From Dicyema japonicum (taxonomy: Eukaryota > Animalia > Dicyemida): a DNA stretch of 64,000 nt. The first letter of the stretch is position 1. The number at the start of each line of letters is the position of its first letter. The stretch spans positions 719,232 through 783,231 of the forward strand of contig RDEW01000006.1 of the NCBI GenBank assembly GCA_011109175.1, read 5' to 3'. Both the position numbers and the translations under genes were made by a program. Below are positions 11,752 to 23,510 of this stretch, piece after piece. The notes beneath the pieces are model-generated. The model saw only the letters and a program-made list of their open reading frames with translations. It was not told the DNA's origin and did not search any database.

Positions 11752-14437
11752 TCATCTTTTTCTGAAAAATCCTCGTTTGGATAGCCCAAACCTTGCTTTC
11801 CCGGTTTGTCTCTTTGACTTGAGAGTGAATATAATTCCCTAAAGTAATCCAATAAGATCACCAGTCGATCCATGCAATTCATCAATCTGGGAATCCCACA
11901 CTTTATATCCGCAGAACATAGTCTTTCCTTAAACTCATAAATGTCCACAGTCTGCTACAAACTCCAACAAACCTCATAAACCAACACTTTTGAGTACAAC
12001 TCCTCATCTTCCTTCACAAACGATATAACTTTACTCTCCAAGTCGTCATCCACGCCGGGTTCCTCCTAAATTGGAAATAATGGATAACCTCACAGAATGA
12101 AGACTCTTCGAGGACAGTATCAGGTTCCATGCACCCATTCAGAGCATTATCGATGTCCAAGGCAGATATTTCGGCCCCGTCTCCTATTCGGTCTATATAT
12201 TGGGGACTTTATACATTTGTGAGTCTGACGGTAAATCTCCCGGAGTACCGTTACCATACGTTTCCGTGACATTTTCCGTAATCCAAAGTTTTTTCCACAG
12301 TTCTGCATGAATTACACTTTTTACGGTTAACTCTGGAGTTCTCATAGAACTGTAATCTGGGAGAGGAGTGAATGGAGAAAGATCAGGAGTAACCTTCTTA
12401 CTGAGGTTCCGCGGAGGAGTTTTGCAGTCGTCCTGGGAAATGAGGTTTTTCAGGATCGAGGAGTCTTGGGAATGTCAAAAGATTTTGTTAAAGGATTGGT
12501 ACTTCCGAATTTCCGTCAAGGAGAAATTAAAAAGTCCGCAGTCTTCATCACAGCCCATCCACAGTGGTTCGGTCGGTATTTCCGAGGATTCCATTGTATC
12601 GTGCTCAATCTCTTCCCCATTAGTGACGTCACCTGGTATAATGAGGTCTCTTATATCAGGACTGTATGACTTTACTTGACAGACAGTCAAATTAGGCTCA
12701 GATTTTGTTTCACAGTCAGTATAAAGATTAAGACCACTCTCGTAAGGGACTAGTAAAGGTTCTAATGAAAATGGTCCACTTGGAACCATACTTTCGTCAT
12801 TTATGGTGGTAACAGTGTTGATTTCTTGATCTTGTAAGGAGACATTCGATATAATATTAGATTCTTCTGATTTTACGCAAAAATCAGACAAAATTCCAGA
12901 AAATTGACCGTCATTTGGTGCAAGATCCTTTACTAGTCCCTTATTATCCAAATCTTGTTCATTTGAAGTGATAAGGAGGTCACGTGAGTCTTTCGGTGAA
13001 TACCCATCAATTGGATTATCAGTTTCACTTGTAATATCACATATTCCATAAACGGTTGTAACAACCTGAGATTCACACATTCTTGGAGAACAAGCAGCAA
13101 TGACGTCATCATCAGACATTCTCGAGAGTTCGAATTAATAATCTCATTACCACAAAATCCCTGGGAATCATGAGCAGTAGCATCATCGCACATTATTGGT
13201 GTAAGGACATCATCCTGCATTCCTGAAGATTTGGAAGTAATGTTGTCACTACCACAGATTGTTAGGGAGTTGGGAGTAATGTTGTCATTCCCATAAATTC
13301 TTGGGGAGTTGGAAATACTGATATCACTGCCATAGATTCTTTGGGAGTTGGAAGTAATGGAATCACTTCCATAGGTTCTTGGGGAGTTGGAAGTAATGAC
13401 GTCACTCCCATAGATTCTTGGGGAGTTGGGAGTAATGTTGTCATCCCTATAGATTCTTTGGGAGTTGGAAGTAGTGTTGTCATCCCTATAGATTCTTTGG
13501 GAGTTGGGAGTAATATTGTCTTTACTGTGTACTCTTGAGGTGTTGGTAGTCATAAAATCAACATTATGCATTGGAGAGATGTGACTATTGTCATCAATAC
13601 CATATGTGACGTCATCTAGGAATGAGAACACTACAGACACTGCTGTTCCGATAAATTAACGTCAGACTGAATAGTAGAGTCATTAATAGAATCGGGACAA
13701 ATCACTTTGCCTATGACCGGGGAATTTGACCAATTCAGTTGTTTGAATGGTAGCTGACAGGACTGAGACCACAACTATTAGATTAATAAAGGACATACTC
13801 TCGAAGGAACATTTGTGAATTCCTCCTCATATGATTTACCATCCTTTGATAAAATTAAGACAGAACCGTCAGAATTAAGGAAATTCGACGTTCAAGTCGA
13901 CTTTTCACGATTTCTTGGTCATCTGTGCAGAAAAAGGGCAACTTATCATCGCCAGTCGAATTTTTACGAGTCAGCTCATTTTTTACGGACAATGACAGTG
14001 CCTTGGCTAGCTGAAAGTTTTCCTCGTTAATTCTTGGTAACTAAGATGGGTACCCCTTTGGCTCATGTGGAATAAATGAGTCGTTTTTGATTGGTTGAAA
14101 ATACTTGGAGATCATCCTTACTTTACTAAGAATTGAAACTGTTTTTTGGTTGTTTTTTGGTTTGGCTTGACTGTTCTGAGTTCTTGGAGAAGTTTGACCA
14201 CAGAAAGCGGAGACATGCCAAAATTTTTGCCGCATTTTTTCATGTGTGTTGTTCTCGACTAAAATTAGCTAAAGGAAAAACTCGTAAAGTTTTAAAGGAT
14301 CTGTTACAAATGGGGCATATCAGAGTAGATATTTCTTTACTCCCGTCAAGACATCTGTTGATGTGCTGATTTATTTGGTCATAAGTCCAACCGTCGAAGC
14401 ATTTTCCACATACACAGCAATTAGTCAACGAAGACAT
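11752..14437 (-). CDS. SLX4: Structure-specific endonuclease scaffold SLX4; multi-exon
   Basis: Two UBZ4-like fingers (CVCGK..QINQHINRCLD; CPICNRSFK), MLR-like EENFQLAKALSLS, SAP (TPLPDYSSMRTPEL..FGLRKMSRKRMVTVLREIYRQTH) and SLX1-binding domain (ELYSKVLVYE..DIYEFKERL). Exons at 13.6-13.8 kb are not resolved. Confidence 0.85.
13215..13527 (-). repeat. 39-bp coding tandem repeat, about 8 copies, in SLX4
   Basis: Unit gatgacaacattactcccaactccccaagaatctatggg (13 aa, DDNITPNSPRIYG-like). Confidence 0.9.
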
Positions 14438-14599
14438 ACAAACTCCACGTCAATACATCCGTAAAATTATTTTGGCGGGTAAAATTTAAATTAATCATTG
14501 ATTTTATTATTTCTTTTTTATTTTAAATTAGTTTTTTTAAACGATGAGTTTTATAACAACATCAGATATATAGAAATTGAATTGTGACGTTTCATATTT

Positions 14600-15760
14600 T
14601 TATAATCCGAAAATGACCACTCTTCCTACATACCAATCTCGATCCTATGTTCACTTTCCTGAATACTCGAAAGATTAGTTCTTGAAAATATCAAAGACTA
14701 CATCCTGCTCTCTCCTTTCAACATGGCTAAACACTCCACAGCAAAATAGCCTGACATCCCTGTGTCAGTTCATTGCGGAGAATTCAATTCCACTAAACCA
14801 CACCAACGAACAGTCTTGGTCTCTGTTGATATAACAAAGGCTTTCGACACAGTCTCACGAAAACTCCTTACTGAGAAAATTCACGATACATGCATCCACC
14901 CAAACATAAAACTATGGATTGCCAACTTCTTAAGTGGGAGACGTGGACAAGTGATTTGCAATAACATAATTCAAAATCCCGTCTTATACCAAATAAAGTC
15001 CCTCAAGGATCTCACGCCATCCCTTTTCAACCTGTACATCAATGACATTCCGAAACCGCACTACGAAAATTGTCTTCTACTACCATACATGGAAGATATC
15101 ATTATTGCTGCAAAGGACAGAAATACCAAACTGCTACAACGATGGCCCAGAACATGCTTAACAATTTAACTTCTTGGCTCAAGAAACTCCGTCTTGAAGC
15201 TTCCCTACAAAATCCTATACTACCCTATTTACAACATTGAAACCTAACATTTCTTTCAATAAAACAGTAATTCCCATCAATTACACACCAAATATACTTG
15301 GAGTGACACTCGACCAGGGACTCTCTTTCGCAAAGCATGTGGATAACCGGGTAACGGCCGCACTGAAGAGGATGACGATATTAAAAGTCGTTACCAAGGC
15401 TCTCAGAAGTGACGCTGGATGCCTTCAGATGATCTACAAACAGTTTTTTCAGCCGACGTTGCTCTATGCAAGTGAGGCTTGGTCTTTGTTTCAAGAACAT
15501 CGACCATCAAATATTTAATTTCATCTAAAAACAAAGAATTCTTATCAGAGGAGCAAGGATACCAGATCATCCTCTGTATGACCTACTCATTTCATATCTC
15601 CAGACAAACAGGAGATATGAGCCGAAGCTCTGCCCTTTTAGAAGAGCAATTCTGGACGCCCGTCCCCGGCGGACCCAGGTCCCTAGTTGTTGGTCTGGGA
15701 TCACTTAGTTAGTTAAGAACTTTATTTTTTTAACCCGGTGATCCTGGGACAATAATAATA
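14600..15760 (+). mobile_element. Ingi-like LINE (family H), 5'-truncated
   Basis: VDITKAFDTV, LWIANFLSGRR, LFNLYINDIP, ILGVTLD; 3' stem-loop and (AAT)n tail; related to 32700-33620. Confidence 0.85.
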
Positions 15761-15819
15761 TTTATGAAACATTATTTTATGTTTATGTTTATCTCCTGAA
15801 AAATCCACTCGTAAAGATA

Positions 15820-16065
15820 ACCATTATGATAACTCTTCGCCTAAGAATGAATGATGTCCGCGACGGTAGGACGTGTGATGAAAATGCAAGAGGGCGGACC
15901 TATTTCTCCACCTCTCTTCTGATGCGTATGCCTGTACGACTATTGGAGGATGGATTTGGTCGACACAAGCAGACGTTCTCCCTAGGGTTCCTTCCTTGTA
16001 TTAATTACTTGTGACTGTTTGTACTGGGCTTACCAAGGATTGTAAGCCTGGGGTTAATAAATATC
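15820..16065 (+). mobile_element. LINE 3'-end fragment (family B)
   Basis: Ends CTGGGCTTAC..GTAAGCCTGGGGTTAATAAAT; same end on the minus strand near 31836-31880. Confidence 0.55.
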
Positions 16066-16689
16066 ATGTTAAGTGTGTTTATTGGACAATTACGTTACAA
16101 AAATCAAATCACATTATGGTGATGTCGACGAGTTAATATCGTGGGTAAAGGTTTCACTGTTTTTAAATTGGCCAGTAACCAGAAGTAGTTGAAACAATAT
16201 GGGGTAGCTTGTTAGGTGAAGCAAGTTAACCTTCGATGGAGGTTATGTAACCTTTTACTTTAATTTTGCGATGTTCATTCTCAGAGTCACAAAAAGGCTG
16301 AATTATACATCGAGCTTGATGACAATAAGTCCAGAAGGTGATGACTTACAAATCAGATAAAGCTATTCTGGCCATATTCTGGCTTACCATGATGATAATT
16401 CCCTACCAACTGTTTACCTTCCTCCACCACTTCCAAAGGGAATTCAATCTGCAGTCTCAAGTTGTCAAAATTAATGAAATCAAAGACTTTTGCAGTCATT
16501 TTTCTACGGGTTTTACTTTTTTACGACTTTAATGGTCACATTCTGCTACAACAAGGTCATACAGTTTATGTTCCTAGGAAAAACAAGAATTTGTTCATTT
16601 CGTTAGCTAACATATTAATATTCCCTTTAAATAACAATGTTTAGATATTTTGCTGTTTATTTTTCAGTGATGAGATATTGGGATCAATC

Positions 16690-16930
16690 GGTGGTAATTC
16701 CATCCTGCCGTTTTTAGTCTATGGCCCGATCCATGGCAGCAGGCTCCAACAAGAAGGGATTATACCGGAAATTAACTACGACAGGAGAGATGGAAAGCAA
16801 TCGGGTGGAGCAACAATTTTTCAGTTCGAGAATGGGGAAAGCGTTAATTTGGGATGCAACATGTGTCTCTGTCCCCAACCAAAATCACCGGGACCCCAAT
16901 AAAGGCATTTTCCGCCACAGAGGAGCTAAG
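16690..16930 (+). mobile_element. CRE-type RLE remnant
   Basis: RRDGKQ.GGATIF / GKALIWDATCVS. Confidence 0.6.
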
Positions 16931-17569
16931 AAAAGTCCCCATATGGATCATGAGTGGCAACATTGAATCACCCAAGTGTTTGATTGAATTATTGATTTCT
17001 TATAATCCTCGAGATATTTCCGTCCCAGGAAGGACAGAGAGTAGCCATGCAGTTTCCCTAAGTTTAATAGAACGTAAGGAAAACAGTGGGAACGTTGGAG
17101 GAACAACGAGCATATGTGGCGAGAAAACCGGGATCACATAACTAGTTGGGTTTAACACTTGTGATGCTCATAGCGTTGAATAAATACCTCCAACGTCCCC
17201 ACTCTCATTTTGAAGGCAGTTCCCTAGGTAAATCGTATTAACTTGTGCTAGGCTTCATAAAGATGCATAAATGGAGAAAAACTTTAAATAGAAAACTTTA
17301 CTCTCACATTGGATGTTCTTCATGACTAATTTTATTCAGTCGAAGCTGGCAGTCATAATAATGACTGGGACAGTTTTCACTTTCACGAAATTAGTAAAAT
17401 GATATTTTCTGGATCAAATCACAGTTTGGGAGTAGTACACAAGCTAGCAGAGGTCGAAAAAAGGGAGGATCCTAAAATGGCAAATATAGATGCGATGCTT
17501 GGAGGGGATGCATTTCACTCCGACCATGGGGAATTGGATTATACCTTAATTAAACAAATAATTAACACA

Positions 17570-18329
17570 GCCATTCCATCCAAAGTGTGACCCCGCGACA
17601 TTATCAGGACGTTGCGTTTGTTCTCGACCACAATGGATAGAACGCGAATCGGTCGCGTAGCGCTCGTATTTCTTCTCTTTGCTTCATCGTTTTTTCTGCG
17701 GTATACATTGTGTCTACCGCGCTCGCAACAATGTTGGACGGGCAAAGTGAGTCTACACAAGTAGCGTCCCAGACCAAAGGTTTCCCTCTTCGAATGGGAA
17801 AATTGTGATCCCGTCGCGGACTTCTGTCTCCTCTGTCCAGGCCGATAAGTTCAAATATGCTGGGTATCCCGCAGATTCCAAGGCTCGCTTGATAATTCCG
17901 TTTGATCGCCTTGTGTCCTGCACTTCTTCGACACGAGAGGGCATGGTGTCCATAACAATCGACGGTGGCGCCACATCGGCATTTGTGAGTCCGGCAAATC
18001 TTCAGCCCAAGTCTGGTGGTGATGCCGATGCGGACAGTATCGTCGTTAAGATGGTCTTAACACTACCAACGGGGAGTGCATTGATCCAGGCGCCACTCCA
18101 TTTGCATCTTCCAGTGACTAGACAGGCACGTCTGTGTTAATTTGATTGGTTCAGAAGCCTCTCATATTTATCTTCGCAGATGCATCATCCCTTTAAATGC
18201 TCCATATCTGTGATTTCTGTTTGGAGTTGGAGAATCATCCTAATCAGCAGTCGTTGGAAGCCAAAGAAGACAGATACACGGGGCAAGCCAGATCTTTCAA
18301 TGAAGGGATTCCCAGTCCGCTCAGGCTAA
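17570..18329 (-). mobile_element. CRE-type non-LTR retrotransposon, 5'-truncated
   Basis: High DNA similarity to 30160-31095; KRALESAGYPAYL..RDGITIFPFEEG. Confidence 0.85.
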
Positions 18330-18789
18330 CGGGTAACTAAACCCTAGTTAACTTTTAATTTTTTCCCGCTAAGTTAATTTTGTTAATTACTGATTAATTT
18401 GAATCTTCCTTAATTTAGCATTAATCAAATTTGTTACTAAAAAAATTTGTGTACGCTTAAAGAATTTAGTTATCAAAGACTCGATGTTTTGAACTCAGTT
18501 CTTAAGATAAGGGACAGTAGGAGCACCAATTTTTAAGGTTTATGTTCTCAACTTTGTTGTGCTCTTAAAAATGGAGGGAAAGTTATTTTTGGACACTTGA
18601 TGTCTAATTTAGTATAGTTGCTAGTAATTGTGGATATTTATAAACACTTCCATTTGCCTACAACATAGTCCCACGTGTTCCCATAGGGAATAACTTTACA
18701 CAAATGTATTATCGTTTGCTAAAGTGTTACTACCTAACATTTCTATGGAAAAATAATAAGAATTTTCAAACAAATACTAACTATCTCAA

Positions 18790-19523
18790 CTACAACTCTC
18801 TCCTGCAATAAGGACAACTATTGTTGCTCTAAAATACATAACCAAACAAACCTCAAACCACGAAGATAAACATTGAAAGTGAAACAAATGTTTGCAATCC
18901 AATTGAACAACTTGTGAGTCATTTGTATAATTTTCATGGCAAATTGGACAAAAGTCATTAAAATTTTCTAAAATTTCTTCACTTTTCACGAAATTTTCGT
19001 AATTTATGATTGAGGTTTCAGGGATAGTAATAGAACGAGGAATATTAGAAAGATGAGGAATAAAAGAAAGTGAAATGGAAATTCCAAAGTTGTCATTCTC
19101 GACACCCCAATCATCCAAATCAAAGTTATCCTCAAATTGAACATCTTCCAATTCATTTCCTTCCCAGAAAACCGTAGCAACTTCAACGTTATCATACACG
19201 ACATCCCCAAAATCATCCAAATCATAGTTATCCTCAACTTGTTCGCCACACATCAAATCAAAGTCATCCTCAATTTGTTCGCCACACATCAAATCAAAGT
19301 CATCCTCAACTTCTTCGTCACACATCAAGTCAAAATCATCCTCAACTTCTTCATCACACATCAAATCAAAATCATCCTCAGCTTCTTCGTAACACATCAA
19401 ATCAAAGTCATCCTCGTCATCAAACGAAATAATGTCATCATATTCATCGTGGAGGTATTCTTCAAGTTCAAAATAAGTTTCATCAACTTGTTCATTATTA
19501 TTATAATCATGTTCATCATACAT
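18790..19523 (-). CDS. RING-H2 E3 ubiquitin ligase with an acidic repeat N-terminus
   Basis: CPICHENY..CKHLFHFQCLSSWFE, a 23-nt intron (18829-18851), then SNNSCPYCRREL*. Confidence 0.88.
19222..19420 (-). repeat. 36-bp coding tandem repeat (EDDFDLMCxExx), 5 copies plus a degenerate one
   Basis: Directly visible in the ORF 18786..19535 translation. Confidence 0.9.
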
Positions 19524-19628
19524 AGTCAGCAACAACTTTCTTTGCGCAATAAATTATTATTTAAATTAAATATATTTTTCAATCATTTTAATAAATATTT
19601 TTGTCAAGCAACAGGGCTCTGGTCTCAA

Positions 19629-20431
19629 TATTAATAATAATATTAATATTCGCATCCCTTAAAACTCAGACAAAATTGAACACTCTCCACGATTGGATTG
19701 TTGGCAATCGACTAACGATTTCTGCAACCAAGTCTATCTGTTCCACATTCACGTCGGACCGTCGTTCCAAGGATGAACCGAGTTTTTTTATTGGTCCCAC
19801 TCGGATTCCAGTGACAAGGTCCATCACTGTTCTTGGAGTCAAGTACGACAGCCTTCTCAATTTCAACTTCCACGCAACAGACATGATTACCAGGGGCCTC
19901 CAGAAAGTTAACGTTATGCGCGCCCTTGTTTGGAGGACCACGAGGAACATTGACTTTTCCGTTTCTACCCTCTACCAACAAACAATCGCGCCTGCCATTG
20001 AGTATGCCTCCGTTGCATGGAGATTCGGGCTATCGGAGTCTATGGTCCAAAGAATCAACTCGATATACCGGAAAACAATCAGTATGCTTTGCCCACGTAA
20101 TGGATCAACAGTCGACCCACTACTCATGGAAGCTAAGATCCGTAGTCGTGGCTCCGGATTTCTTCGCGTCTGTGAGAAAGATGGGAATCCGCTCCCCTGA
20201 TCCTTCCCATGGCAAGAGAAAACCGATTGGATAAGAAATTCCCCTCCCCGATCGGATTCCTCTGCAAGACCGAGAGAAGGCTCTTCCGGAAAGTAGTGGG
20301 GACGATGGAGGATCACAGACATCGAATGGCACAATTGATTGCGAGGACTGGGATCACCTAACTGTCTGACTCTTTTGTCTTTCTTTCTTGGTGTTCCCGG
20401 GGTTATTATAAATAAATATTAATAATAATAA
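19629..20431 (+). mobile_element. Ingi-like LINE (family C), 5'-truncated, with TSD
   Basis: LGVKYDSLLNF..H and LYQQTIAPAIEYASVAW; 12-bp TSD CTCTGGTCTCAA (19617-19628, 20432-20443); AT-rich tail. Confidence 0.88.
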
Positions 20432-20723
20432 CTCTGGTCTCAACAAATGGAATTGAGGTTTTTTAAGTCGTTAATTTGAAGGCTGAGGTGGTGACATACC
20501 TCTATGGCTCAGAATAATTTTATTTGTTCAAGGTGGATGTAATATCTAGTCCCCATGGAAGAAATGTTGGATTTAGGAGATATATACTTCTGATAAAAAA
20601 TTGTATGCGGTCATCCTCATGCTCCGGAGTCGGGATATCATTAAGATTTTTGGAATGGCAACTTGCTTCCATCTGCTTCTATATCCACTGTCCTGTTGGA
20701 TATTCTCTTATCAGAGGTAAATT

Positions 20724-22290
20724 AAATTATTAACCCGGCTTCGCCAGCAAGTGGGAAGCCGGCGACCATCAAAAGAGCGTGCAGTCCGGACAGGCCGCTC
20801 CAGAGATCCTCGACTTTTGCATCCGGTGGTCAGGGCAGGAAAAAGGTCTCGAACTACTCTGCCAGCCAGAAAAGGGTGGTGTCCACACCGTAGGCGAGCC
20901 AGTCCGATTCTGATCTTCCTCGGGAGCGATTGTTCCGTTGGACTGATATCCGGGGGGAAGCGCTCCAAGACTTTGTTTATATTGAAGTGTCCTAATGGCC
21001 AGTGTTGAGATAAAATCATGGATTCTATCAGAGGTAAGGAGAGACGTAACCGATTTTTCCGGGTTGATCGACAGATTGTTTGCATTTAACCAGTAGACTA
21101 AGCATTTTACAAGTAATTGTAATCTCTCCGAGGTGACCTGAACGTCTTGGTCCCTGGATGCAATAACAATATTATCTGCATAAGCCAGTAAAAGGTCATC
21201 CTCATTCTCCGGATTCGGATATCATTCAAGAAAAGGTTGAAGAGTATGGGGACAGAAGAGATCCTTGGGGGTATTCCATTTGGAATTAAACGGGATCTCG
21301 ATCGTAAGTTTCCCAAACAGACTCTTCCTCTTCGTCCACTGAGGAAATTCACCAGCCAGAGTTTGAAATTCTCAGGTATATCCGTCTGATAGATTTTCCT
21401 GGTGAGTCTTTTTCTTGGGATGGAATTTCACCTTGAAGATGGAATTTCACACAGAATTTCGACATTGAAGATAGCAACGATACCGGTCTGAATGATGCCG
21501 GGTCGTTTTTTTTTATTTTCCCATCTTCAACATCGGGCGGATGTAGACGAGTTTCCATAGTGAGGGCATCGCATTTTCCCTTAAAGACCAATTATAGAAC
21601 TTTGTAAGGGTCCTGATGCTCTCAGGTCCAAATTTTTCAGCAGGATAACAGGAATTCCATCTGGGCCGTGGGATTAGGTAGTCTTTGTATTGAGCAGTGC
21701 ATTTTTTACATCCGTTTCTGAAAAGTAGGAAGATAAGGGTCCTTCTTCGGTTTTTCCAAAGGAAGTTGAACTGTCTTGATCTTCCGTTTCTCTTTATGGG
21801 CAATTTTCACAATATTTCATTATGGAATTCAGATCCTTCTAGCTGTATTCGGATTCGTCGGTTGGTCTATCATGAACCCTTGATATGTCCCGAATGATAT
21901 TCCATACCTGGGCGGTTATCTGAATTCGGTTCAAAGCTGTGAAAACTCGTGACCATTTTGCTTTCTGTATGTTAAATTCTTTGGCCTTTATATTTTCATT
22001 TAGTGCTTTCAGTCGGAGTTTTGACTCGGTTGGGCGAATTCCAAACGTTTTTGAGACTATTTCTTTCCTTGACCAAAGCCATCTTTCCAATGCCTCTTGT
22101 GTAGCAGGTGTGTCTTATTGAGACAGCCATTTTTCTCCCTTGCAGAATGAGTCATTTATGTGATACACCGCCTTGTCAAGGGAGGAGAAATCCTACAGAT
22201 TTACGTTAGCCAAACAATATTCAGTAATAATCCAGAAAAGGTTCCAGTTTGCGCAGGAAGGGGTAGATGATAGCATTCGAGACAGGTCAC
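20724..22290 (-). mobile_element. Ingi/Vingi-like LINE with internal deletions
   Basis: NDPASFRPVSLL, NFLSGRRGRV, LFNLFLNDI; C-terminal LPRKIRIGLARLRCGHH typical of Ingi/Vingi; 3' hairpin CCGGCTTC/GAAGCCGG. Confidence 0.82.
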
Positions 22291-22370
22291 GTGCTGTGAT
22301 ATCCTCTAATATTTTTATTTGATAATAAATTGTAAACAAAAATAATAAATATTCAAAAAAAATTCATGTG

Positions 22371-22899
22371 ATGAATGAATTAGCTGATGCGACAATTTTA
22401 CGATTTATTAATTCAGTGGAAGAGCGCTTCCTGGAAATGGTATTTTTGCTTTCTCCAGCATTAGAGACTAGAATTTGAATCTTTGATAGAAAAAATATCT
22501 GTTAATCAAGAAATGGACTTTAAATGTCTCAATCAGGTTTTAGACGCATTTTGTAAAAAATAGATAAATTTTTTGAATAATCACTTTGAAAACAACATTA
22601 AACTGAAGTTGGATGAAACAGAACAAAAGTTGGAGGAGGTGTTTTCGAAAATCGACGCTATTTTTGTATTCTTGCTAGAGAATTAAGGAGTTGTTAGTTG
22701 TCTTGAGACGGAATGTGTTTTCTGTCAAAGAGTTTGTTGATAGTAAAGAAAGTCACCTAAAGAAAAATGTCTACAAAATGTTTTTCGACCTATTTCAGGT
22801 GCCATTCTAATCATTTTATAGAAAAACTCCCACCAGTTGCAGAGCGAATTAAAAGAACCCGAAATTGAGGACATTTCGCATTTATTGAACCAGCTTTGA
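22371..22899 (+). CDS. Small coiled-coil protein, possibly BLOC-1 subunit 4 (cappuccino)-like
   Basis: Spliceable ORF with 21-25 nt introns; KLEEVFSKIDAIF..VKEFVDSKESHL is weakly reminiscent of BLOC1S4. Confidence 0.35.
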
Positions 22900-23049
22900 T
22901 AACTTTAACAAGTTAGTTATTTTGTACCACGTGTTTGTTATGTACTGTGCTTGCTGCCACATATATTGTTCTAGCCAAGTTACGTAGTGGTTAGTACTGT
23001 CGCTCGCGTCGCATTTAGCTTGGGTTTATCGCCCGATACCGATCATAGG

Positions 23050-23140
23050 AGCCTTCCACTGATATATTTGCTGGGTAGGTCAAGTCCATCCTCAAGATAT
23101 GCCCAAACAGTCTCCTGCGAGATTCTTTTAATTTAGGTTT
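23050..23140 (-). mobile_element. RTE LINE remnant
   Basis: RLFGHILRMDLTYPANISVEG. Confidence 0.6.
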
Positions 23141-23510
23141 ATTGATCTGCGTTTGTATTTCTTGTAGATGTGTTTTAGCTAGTTTTACCCACACAAAGTA
23201 ACAATCAGACTAACTAAGCGGTCCCACCTTCCACGGTAGTGCGCAACCTCTCTCAGTCGTCATTTCTTTTGACGTACCTGAAATCACATCAAGTATCCCA
23301 GGAAGTATGGCTAGTGGGCATCCCAAGAAACTTGGTCGGGTCTCAACGAGTACTTCATCGCTATATTAGCGGGGGAATCTATTTCCTTAGAGCTTCAGTC
23401 TCAAATCAATGATCTCGAGACTCAAATGTCCAAGGAAAAACATTATATCAGGCATTCCTGCTTGTTTTCTTTGCCCAATTCAATCCGACCAATGCCCTGA
23501 ACTGTAGTTT

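Noticed and set aside
13215-13527. CRISPR-like array, or antisense and alternative-frame ORFs in the repeats at 13.2, 19.2 and 42.4 kb
   Set aside because: These are contiguous tandem units without unique spacers in a eukaryotic context; the extra ORFs are by-products of repeat periodicity.
16050-16060. GGGTTA after the LINE hairpins as a telomeric repeat seed
   Set aside because: It is a single hexamer followed by ATAAAT and never tandem TTAGGG; better explained as part of the LINE tail or poly(A) signal.
22975-23045. Second tRNA-like sequence (GTAGTGGTTAGTACT)
   Set aside because: B-box is degenerate, there is no cloverleaf and no second copy in the window.
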